DNA of 64,000 bases from Pocillopora damicornis. Taxonomy: Eukaryota. The DNA is taken from the NCBI RefSeq assembly GCF_003704095.1, contig NW_020843990.1, positions 1 to 64,000 on the forward strand. Reading direction: 5' to 3'. This document shows positions 23,804-34,400 of the stretch, piece after piece. How positions within the stretch are numbered: position 1 is the stretch's first letter; each line of letters opens with the position of its first letter. The notes under the pieces were generated by a model. It did not search any database, had not been told where the DNA came from, and saw nothing but the letters and a program-made list of their open reading frames with translations. Position numbers and translations under genes: made by a program.

Positions 23804-24819
23804 TAAGGGCGCGTTAATTTTTATTTCCTAAGGGGGTGGGGTAAGATTGTTGTTTGCGAAATAACAGAAATTAACATGTCAATTAAGGCATCTTATTTTG
23901 TAGCGTCTGCGTTTCATTAGTGGGCTTTTTTTGTTTTAATAATCAGTGCTTCTGTTGCAACAGAACGTAGAAGAGGGAATTGGGCTAAGGAGACGAATGA
24001 GAGAATTAGGTTCGCTTTCGTTAAATAAAACATTCTGGGTGCGAGCCCTCTCCTGTTCGTGGCTGTGCCATGATGTATAAACGAAAATTAGGAGCATTAC
24101 AAATACAGCTGTTTCGAAAAAAGTTGTGTAATTCCGCCCCATTAACCCTTTACATTCTTACATCAGTACGCATATTCTCCATACTGTTCTTTATACATCA
24201 CCTAAGGTGCTGACAAGGAGAATTTGTTTACCGATCAAAAGCTTCTTTCCTTGGTGATCATTTCCTTTATTCTCATGACCTTAATGTGTGATCCAGGGGT
24301 GATATTGTAGGGAGAAATTGGTGCTAGTCACTCCTATGTTTTAAAGGGGTAATCCATCATATTAACTTTTTTACCCCAAGTTATGAAGTTGGGTTGTGAT
24401 CACAGTTAATTTATCAGAATATCTGCGTTGTTTTGGCCAATGGTCAAATGAATGGAAGCGTTACACTTATCTCGTGAACCTGGGAAAAAGAAAAATTGTA
24501 CTCTCCCGAAATCGTTGTCGTTCCGTGGCCGTTACCGTGACAAGTATACCCACAGTCAGCAGCCTAGTGCGATTCGTAGCATTTCAACATGGCTATTATG
24601 GCGTGACACTGTTTTTTCGTTTAATGCTCAAGAGTTATTTACACATTGGCGGTCAGCAGTCTGTCGAAGAAGAAGATTCGTTTGCATTCTTCCACTCAAT
24701 GCGATCGTTCAACTCCTCAGAAATAACTTCGGGCAAGGTTGGAGGACTTAACTAACTACATGCTTTTATCTCTCCTTTTTGAATTAAGAGAAACTAAGCT
24801 TTACACTGTAATTTTTACT

Positions 24820-25455
24820 GGGATACCTGTGGTAGCCTAGTCATAACACCCCTTTGTTTTTTTGTCGTCTTTTTTTTTCTCCGCCACAAAATGGAAAAAT
24901 TGCGCAATAGTACCCATTGATCATTGGGCCCTAAACACCATGACAACTAGCTGATCACATGTGTTATCTTGATGATGATTGACGTTGTCATGCACAGACA
25001 GGGCCGGGTCACATGACGAACCACGAGATTTTTGCTTAAAAAACTCTTTTCTTAGCCATTTTGTATTTGTCTTGGGGTAGTTGTCTTGGCGATGGAGGTG
25101 TCACGGTTTTGGTTTACGTTTACCTGGAGCTTTATGGTGCAAACGCTCAAAATACTTACAGATGCATACACAAGTCGTATTGTTCGCGGCCAATCCACAC
25201 TAAAAGATGTTATTGAGCGGTATTTTTGGAACGGATTGAGTCGCGAACGCTTGAAAGCCATGAAAGCCTTGTATGCCTTAAAAGCTATGAAAGCTTTGTA
25301 TGCCTTGTATGCCGAGTATGCCAAGGTCTTAGTTGAAAAACGTACACTTGTTGAAAAATGCAAAATCTTAAATCTGAAAGTAAACTGCATATACTCTATT
25401 GAATCTATTGAACAACACTACTACCGTGAGACTGAAGAACAAAACTCTAATGGAT
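24820..25455 (+). mobile_element. Probable 5' end of a DNA transposon with a short 9-bp-period tandem repeat
   Basis: Abrupt break from array homology at ~24820. ORF piece LKDVIERYFWNGLS resembles an N-terminal HTH of integrase-type transposases. Repeat (ttgtatgcc/atgaaagcc)n at 25250-25322. Confidence 0.35.
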
Positions 25456-25555
25456 NNNNNNNNNNNNNNNNNNNNNNNNNNNNNNNNNNNNNNNNNNNNN
25501 NNNNNNNNNNNNNNNNNNNNNNNNNNNNNNNNNNNNNNNNNNNNNNNNNNNNNNN

Positions 25556-26048
25556 TGCTTAGCATACGTTCCATGCTTTCTGAGTTTTGAAGTTCACGAT
25601 AAATTTTATCGACGAAGGAAGGTAAGCGATCCCCGTAAGACAGGACAATTTTCCCTGCTGGTTTCAGGCTCCGAAACATGTTTTTGAATGCTTCTTCTTT
25701 ATCCTGAATCCAGTGAAACACAAAGTTGGAAAAGACGATGTCGTAAGTTTCCAAGCTCATTCCTGGGAAGCTGGCAGAGCTTCCTTCTTGAAATTCGAGA
25801 TTTTTGACTTCCCTGTGTGATTCTCGCGCCACTTCTACTCGATAACTGTCGGGATCAACGGCAACGACTCTTCCATCTTCAAATACGAGCTCGGAAAGAT
25901 ACGCAGACAATTCTCCAGTGCCGCAGCCCAAATCTAGGATAACATGTCCGCGATGAATCTCTACATCATCGATCAGTTTTTTTCCATGCTCTCTTTGAAA
26001 AAGCGACACATGCTGGTAACTCTTTGCAACATCTTTGGATTTAGACAT
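25556..26048 (-). CDS. Methyltransferase copy 10, inverted, 3' end in assembly gap
   Basis: MSKSKDVAKSYQHVSLFQREHG...SESMERMLS is open up to the gap. Upstream 26049-26600 is an inverted paralog of 2520-3129. Confidence 0.88.
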
Positions 26049-26715
26049 TTTGATTACTTGCTGAAGTTTAGGCCACCGAATCCCGCGAGAGGTCTGCAAG
26101 GGATCTGGCACCAATAATTAGTGCCAGACCACCCGAAGACCTCTCGCCGTCTTTTGTTGTCCTATGTGTAGCCGTACCCTCTCTCGCCACACGAAGGCTA
26201 TGTTTAGGGCCTCTAAACGTATGCAAGGGCGAAGTTACCCTCGTACATTGGACCCCCTTATTATGAGGGCTTGCTCAAATGCTATCAATTTGAGAGGGTT
26301 TTTGGCTTCAGTAGTTCTTTCTTAATCTGAACTTTTCATTAACTTGTTTGAAAATATATTTTCTATATTCACAATGCTATGACAGAGGTAACAGAGTCTT
26401 CTGTGCTTTTTTAGTCCCAGTAAATCAGGTATCAGGTCCGACTCAGGCCCTCAGGTGGTGGAAGCGAGCGAAAGAGCGAACTCACTATTGATGATTGTCA
26501 AGGAAACTGCCACGGAACGAGAATACTTTCGAAAGAGTAATTATTCCTTGCTCTAAGTTCACGATAAATGTGGAACTCCTCCCTTCACTTAGGTCAAAAA
26601 AATTACAACGTAAATTTTTGGTGCGTAGAAAGAGACAATACGTTTAATATTTGCTTGCAACTCATCGTCACGATTGGCTCAAACAGGGCTGATATCCCGA
26701 CATATTAATTGTAAA

Positions 26716-26832
26716 ACCGCGGACCACGGAATCCGAAGGTCTGAGGTTCGATTCTTCATGGGAACTCGGATGTTTTTCTTTTTCTTTTCCTTTGTCCTAC
26801 GCTCGTGACAAGACTAAAAACATCTTTCTCTA
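26716..26832 (+). mobile_element. tRNA-derived SINE fragment
   Basis: B-box-like ggtctgaggttcgattc followed by ttgtcctacgctcgtgacaagactaaaaacatctttctc. No full cloverleaf. Confidence 0.6.
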
Positions 26833-27602
26833 TTCTATATACAAACAATTGATAATAATTGACGAGCTCATCTCCATAATTTCGCTATATCTACAGCTCC
26901 CCTCCATTAAGAAAGCATTAGCATGGAACGCATGCAAGAGTTATTTTTTTGGGGGCTGTTTGGGGAGGGACACTCTTTATAACTGATGTTTTCATTTTTG
27001 TAACATTATAAGAGCGTAACGGAAAATCTGACTACGAAAATATCTCATTACTTTATCTTAAAGAGAAAGAAAAAAGATCTGATTTATCTGCGTGGATAAA
27101 TATTGTTCCGTAACGAGATAACGTCATCTGACCGCAATAACAATTACCTTGCGTTACCCGCCTGCGCAGTAGTTGAAAAGTATTCTAACATTTTGCAAAT
27201 TCAACCATAACTTTATTCATATGCATATGACCAAATTTACACAGTCTTTGACACGAAATGTCGCCCACTGGAAGGACTAGGTTAACTGAAGAAAATCAAT
27301 TTCTGGCTTCATAAATGTTACCGAGATTACATGCGTTGTTTTCGGGGAAACAAATTCATAACTTCACGCATTCAAAACAAAAACGGCTACATTGATGCCG
27401 ATTCTCATCGCTTCACTGGCATTGTTTTTAATCAGGGACATAGTGCTTTACTGTTTCCACACAGCAAACTAAATGGTCATTTCGTTTACATAACAAACGT
27501 TCCGGCCATAAACGATATATTACGAATTCCACAGGAACTCGAGTACGCAACCAAGCTTCTCTGATGCAAATCTAACAATAATCTAAAAGGCCGTCACGTT
27601 CT

Positions 27603-28385
27603 TTATGATTTGGCTGCTATCAATATACAGTAGTAATCTTCTTCATCAGTATACAGTTTTAGCGGTGTAGAATTTATCCCACTTGTGTACTGAGCACAAA
27701 AACTCGATAATTTGTCTTTCGTGACGAGCTTTGGATCAAACGCATCTTGCAAATATACCGAGTAAAATGAGCACATACTTTCAACATTTTCGAACTCAAA
27801 ATCTTTCATCTTGACGTCGAAACTTTTAACGATGTCGAATCCCGCAGCCGAACACATGCCCTCAATTTTTTACCTTCTCTCGAAATAAAGTTTGCTTAGC
27901 ATGAGTTCCATCATTTCTGAGTTTTGAAGTCCACGATAAATTTTTTGAAATCCAGAAATAAAGTGATCGCCGTAAGACAGGGCAATTTTCCCCGCTGGTT
28001 TTAGGCTCCGAAACATGTTCTTGAACGCTTCTTCTTTATCCTGGATACGTTGAAACACAGAGTTAGCGAAGACGATGTCGTTAGTCTCTGAACCCATTCT
28101 TGGGAAGTTTGAAGAACTTCCCTCATGAAATGCGAGATTTTTTACATCCCCGTGTGATTCTTGAGCCACTTGAAGCCGATTGACATCAGGATCAACGGCA
28201 ACGACTCGTCCATCTTGACCTACGAGCTCGGCCAAATACGCAGACAATTCTCCAGTACCGCAGCCCAAATCTAAGATGACATCTCCGCGATGAATCTCTA
28301 CATCGTTCATCAGACTTTTTCCTATCTCTCTTTGACGTACCGTCTTTTCTTGGTAACTCTGTGCTGCTTGCTTGGAGTCCGACAT
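27603..28385 (-). pseudogene. Methyltransferase copy 11, most divergent, in-frame TAA
   Basis: 783 nt like intact copies, with TCA(Ser)->TAA at 27870-27872. YD->ND and HW->QR changes in conserved motifs. Confidence 0.85.
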
Positions 28386-29859
28386 TGCGAGTGATTTGCT
28401 GACGTCACCCAGAAGAGCAACAATTAATATTTAACATTTAATAGTTAATAGTTAAAATAATGGTTTATTTAGTACAGGATTAGTAAATAGCGAATCACAA
28501 TCGTCTTTAGAGCAAGGGAAACCGCTAATGTGTAACAAAAAGATTAATTTCACATCTTCCGAAGAGTAACAAAACAAATTGTCCTCAAATGTAACAAAAT
28601 AAATTGTCCTCAAATGGTACAAAGAGGGTCTTAATCGTCAGCCCTTTTCGGCTACCGGTTAAAATTATTAAAAACAAACATGGTTTAACCTAGCAAACGA
28701 CGATTCCATTTCATCGAAAGTGATTCGGACATAGAAGGAACAATAGACCTTTTTACAGTTCCCAGCGCCATACTGGATTAGTAACCGCGCACACACGATA
28801 ACGAGGCTAGGGTTAATCCGGCGTTTCTTTCAAACTGCTGATCTGCTGACATTTCACGTTCTTATGCACTTTTCAATGCGATTTCTCTCTGCAAAATGGT
28901 TCTTTAATACAACAATATGGAAATTTCGTCATTAGATAACATCCAGAAACTCGAAGCAAAAGATTTCAGGGAGATTTTAAAATCTAATTCAAAATCGATA
29001 GGCGGAATTAGAGCCGACTTAGTGTCGAAAGTTTATGCTTTGCTGATCTGACACATCCTTCCATCGAGTAGCGGAGAAAACCGAGAACTTCTTACAGATG
29101 TCCAGGACCTAGAACAAAACCAGAGCGACTTCAAATACGAAGCAACTATGGTAAGGATTTCAGCCCTTGGATGGTCGAGAGGTCTCCGTAATTTACCATG
29201 AATTTCATTCAGCTTTATGATTACCCCGTGGTTTCACGAGAATATCGCCACATTGTGTTGAGAGGAACACATTACAGGAAGTACCACAGAAGTTGTTCAG
29301 TATGGCTTAGAAAGCGAGGCAAAGGCTGTAGCCATCTAGGTCGAGGAGATTTTTCATTGCTGCTGTTGTTGATGTGGTATTTGTTGTTGTAGCATATTCT
29401 TCAGTTAAAGTTGTTCCCATTTTGTTTATCAAGATGTATTTTAGTTTGCCATTTGTACATTGTATCTGATGGGAAACTATACAATAGAGCCTGTAGAACC
29501 ACTTGATTATAACCCTTCTTTCTATCAACCCATGAGGGAAACTTTAGCTAACAGATGTCATAATATTTTGAAACCTATCTGGCCCAGGACAACTTATGCT
29601 CGTTATACATTGAAAAACCATTTCAGTTCGTGACTCATGGTAATCTATTAGGCGGCAAGACAGCATTGAAAGAATCAGACCAAAATAATAGACAATTTAA
29701 AAACTCCCAAAAGTGACTGATTCATGTAACTTCTCCCTATAANNNNNNNNNNNNNNNNNNNNNNNNNNNNNNNNNNNNNNNNNNNNNNNNNNNNNNNNNN
29801 NNNNNNNNNNNNNNNNNNNNNNNNNNNNNNNNNNNNNNNNNNGCTTCTGCATAATTATG

Positions 29860-30800
29860 ATGAGCTACCTTGTATTTTTTCATGTATATTATTAATATGT
29901 AATCACATGATTTCTTGTTCAATTTGGAATAAATACGCACTTGTCAATATTTTCAAAGACCACAAATTGCACTTGCCCTACAGGCTCGTGCAATTTTGTT
30001 AGTCTTCGAAAAAATTTACTTGTGCTTATTTATTTCAAAATGCGCTAGAAATCATGTGATTACCTATACTAATAATGGTAATAGGACCAAGTAGAGTCCA
30101 ATCCAGTCCAACTCGTGATAAACAAATCACACTCCTGCTTTGCAGCTGTACAATTTTGTGTATCACTCGTATGATTACAGACAGAATTGGACGACTCGAA
30201 GTCCTGTTACCAATTAATAAAAACTATCACAAAATTCGAGAAAGAAACTAGACAGGTTATACGTTTTCATAAAAAAACTCCAGTTAACTCAGTGGAATGT
30301 GCAACAATACGCGCGCATATGATGCGTTCTGTCCACTTACACAGCAATGACGTGTTAACTGTCCCTTTAACTGTCCTCTTACACTATTCAATTAAAAGCA
30401 TGACACATGCACTGCCCCTATCAGTAAAGGTAACATGATTTCGAATGCAATTTGGGGCTAATATGCACTTGAAAGATTTTCAAAGACCACAAATTGCAAT
30501 CGCTCTACAGGCTCGTGCAATTTTATAGTCTTTGAAAAATTTATTCGTGCTTATTAACTCCAAATTGCAATCGAAATCATGCTGTTACTTGTTAATAATT
30601 GACATGAAAAACGCGTCACTGAAAGTCAAGACGGACGAAATGTTTGCAGCGCGCGCTATTTGTAATTTGCACTCGTGTTGCATGAAAAAAGCACTCGTTT
30701 TCAGCCAATCAGAAGCACGTAAATCATGTATATTATTAATGCTTAAATCGGGCAGGTGATGACCAATCACGTTCGAGAATCTTGTTATAGTTTTGATTAA
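29860..30800. repeat. Cluster of nested palindromic MITEs
   Basis: gtaatcacatgattt...aaatcatgtgattac (29900-30063) and a related copy at ~30428-30590, both with internal tttcaaagaccacaaattgca repeats. Confidence 0.6.
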
Positions 30801-31422
30801 ACACGGTAAATCAGACGTGGCTTCTTATGGTCGAATTAAACACTTTTCTTCTTATGCGGAGAGGGATCAGAGACACGCTTACACTCGAACATCGAACGAG
30901 TGCCTTCTCAGCCCCTCCTGGGGTGTGCGCGCAATATTGGAATTGCCGTGACGCACTGAAGTGCCATTAGTGCAGTCAACGTTACAGTGACCCCTGATTA
31001 AGCACTCCCAAGTTTAATGTTAAAATTTTATTTAGATTCATGTAGAGTTATCATCAAATTTCGAATTTTCAGTCCATCTAAGATGAAAAATATACTTAAT
31101 TTACGCTTGAACTTTTGGTGTCTCTCACGAGCTGATCTCGCAATCACTTTGCTTTCTCAAAACTCAAAGAAGCTTGTTAAGCTTCTAAGGGACAGACATA
31201 AATCCTTCGGTGGTTTGTTCAACCTGACGGAGGATAACGAAATATGTATATATATATGTATATAAAAAATTTATATATCTCAACGTGAATTTGAAGAGCT
31301 ATGCCTGTTCGCATTTCTAACCTCATCTCATTCATTTTAACACCTACAAGTTTTCTCAGAAGAACCATACTTCTTTCCAAAAATAGGAGATCAAAAGTAA
31401 AAGAGCGCGATACATCGCAGCG

Positions 31423-34400
31423 TTAATCATCTGTCTCTTTAAGTTCACATACAGTGTCACATACGGGGTCTTTAACAACGTTTTCAAGGACGGGGTCTGA
31501 CAGAAAGTCGTCAAGAGAAAGAGATGTACATGTACTGTCGACGTCTTCAAACAACGGCAAACGATACGTCACGGCAGGTGCATGTTCTGGCTTAGAAATG
31601 TCATTTATTTCGCTTGCAGTGCTGCTCTCTTGTGTTGCAAGCTCACCTGAACTTTTGTTTACATTCTCGGGATCAAGGTTTGCATGCACTGTGCTTTCAA
31701 CCACAATAGTAGCACCATCGTCTCCCGACGTTATGACTGAAGAGGCACCGCCCAGCCGAGCTGTCTTCATATTGGCGATTTCTGATCTGAGCTGGGACAG
31801 TAAGGTTGTGGCTCTTTCACCCAAGCTTGAAACGCTCTCATGGAACACGGAGCTGCTTGTAACGATGGCATCTTCTTCATCATCACCCGGTTTTCCGCGA
31901 TTAGACTTTGCCAAAGGCAAACTACCTTCTGCTCCTCTTAAAGACTTCACCTCATTTTTATGGAGTTCTTCATGCATATCTCTCTCCTTCTTGAAGGATG
32001 TGTCGTCTCTAGTTTTATCACTACCTGCATCACCTCCGGAAAGTTTCTGATCTAAATTCTTCACATGGAACGAGCTCGAGAACTTCCAGGCTAAATCGGT
32101 GTAAGAATAGTTTTCAGCTGTGCCTTTCCTCTCGTTTTGGTTCCTGTGAACTTCCTTCTGGACATTGCTTGTGTCCCCCTCGTCACTATCTTCATCATCA
32201 GTTGGAATTGGACTACTAACAATTATTTCCGGTATGCTGGCTTGTAAACTCTTTCCTTCAGATGCTCCCCAGTTCAGGTCCTTTTCTGTTGAATCAGATT
32301 CTTGAGAATCCACAAGCGAGCAAAGAACACGTGGAGCCGTATTCTCCATCACTTGACCTGTTTCAACGTGAGGTTTCGAGGTGACTTTCTCAGAAAGAGG
32401 CTCATTTTGGTCAAGGGAGGAAGGAGATCTCCTTTCCTCGAAAAGTTCTCCTACACCGCGTGCAACATCATTATTTCTCTCCGTTTCAAGATCTAAAGGT
32501 CCTTGGGGTGCTTCCTCAGTATCGTTCTCGCTATGTTTCGTTTCAGGAAGGGACAATTGTTTCTCCTCCATTCCCGGTGCGGCTGATGACAATCTGGTTT
32601 CCCCTTCAAAACTATTCGATGAATTCGCGATATTCAGTCCGGAGTCCTTTTGATCACACTTTGTAAGAGCTAATCGGAAAGCGTCCTGATCCATTCTGCC
32701 TGCAAGTGGAGCTTCTTTGTTTAATTCAAGATCTGATAGAACCGAATCGTCTGTGAACAATAATTTGCCTCCAGACTCTAGTTCACCTGACACGGGAATA
32801 TTTTCATCACAATTTTTCAGCTCTCCTTTTTCGTCTCGTTCCTCAACTAGCGAGCGTTCAGGGGACGGGCCTGAGGTAGCATCGGAATGCTGAACAGGAG
32901 GCGATAACGTAGGATCCTCGGCGAACTTTGTTTCTACGCTCTCCTTTGATGTGTCGAATGTGTCGTAGAACTGATCCTGTCCTTCTGAATCCGTCTTTTC
33001 AGCTTCGTGTTGAGGTTCGTTGTCTTGGATTTTACCTGCAATGAATAGTCAGCGATTGTTGAGAACCAATATGGCAGGTGTAGATAAAAAGCTTCAAGCT
33101 TTGCAAACTTTTTATTGTTCCAGCGCCTTTAATTCTGTCGTCAACACCAATACCCAAAGTAACAGTAACGTCCAATCAGAGTACAGACCACCATAAACCG
33201 CGTTTAGCGCGGGAAAACGCAGGTGACCAAGACGCGATTGGTTTTGGTTTTGCATCTGATTGGTTGAGAAGGTGGTGTGAGTTTTCTGATCCTGTCACAG
33301 AACGTTGTGCGTTTTAACCCTAAATAAATTCTGGGTAAAATCATATTTTCAAAATCACGCTTTCAAAATTTCACCCTCCCGAACTTAACATTAACTGGAT
33401 GTATTTTGAAACGAGAGTCCGAATCCTCAAAAGACTCTGCAAAATTTTCAGGTTTTCCATAAAAAGCAGTAATTGCGTCCACTACTTACCAAATGACAAT
33501 AAGTTTTTTTCAATATCTCGAATCAGTAGAACATTGACATTCCAGCCAAAAGTAACGGGCATTAAACAACACAGCATTGAAATCAAGTTACCTTTAGTGA
33601 GATCATTTATCTGGGATGTGACAACATTCAACTAAAAACAAAGAAAAGAATACGAGAGTCACATACATCACAAACTTGACCTGTTAACGCCTTTACCCTA
33701 CAACCGCACATTTTGATTCAAAATTTATCCTTTATTAGTATTGAGACTACTCTTTGCTTAATGTTAAAATGATCTCAAGAAACAAGATTATCAGGGAGAG
33801 AGAGACCTAAAATAGGTTTTTGAGCGAGGACATAAAGAAGCGTTCATCACCTGTGTCTGTAGCTGGCGACACATTGCAAAGAGCATTGCAACTTGATCCT
33901 GGTTCATTCTCTTGCCGGGAAACAGCTAAACCATACGGAATAAAAACACTTTTACTGTTGGTCGATGGTCTTGAGCATTTTTCATACGTTTTTTTTTTCG
34001 ATTAAACTTCCCTAGCAGGCGTTTAAATTAACCCTGTGCGGATAATTTAGGACGGCACACGCAAGAGAGGGGATACGAATGCGAGAGAGTCATACGGAGT
34101 GTCTCTACAGCGTGGTTGTTCTCTCGCACGAGTTTTGACCGCGTTTTTACGAGTGCTTTTAGGACTGGCTGTGAACGATACTTCTTGTCAGTCAATGACA
34201 TATAATATATGTTAATTTTTCGAGCTTAGTGATGTATTGTAAGTTACAAATAGGTTGTAGGATAATAAAGCAACTTAATGGAAAAAATGTTTATTTACCT
34301 TTCTGGCCATACATCCTCTCCTAAAATTAACAGAACAAAAATCAAACCAAGGAAATTGAGAACGAAATTGACATATTTTACAACATATCGTGGGACAAAA

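Noticed and set aside
24630-24755. Possible PAN/apple-domain remnant (SYLHIGGQQSVEEEDSFAFFHSMRSFN), also at ~2325-2450
   Set aside because: The diagnostic cysteines are absent, so the resemblance is too weak to support without a profile search.
26716-26790. tRNA gene
   Set aside because: Only a B-box-like segment with no complete cloverleaf, followed by a SINE body.
27870-27872. Selenocysteine or readthrough codon in copy 11
   Set aside because: The stop is TAA, not TGA. It replaces a Ser codon by one substitution and comes with other motif-damaging changes.
31454-32653. Plus-strand ORFs of 198 and 90 aa
   Set aside because: Antisense shadows of the CEP97-like terminal exon.
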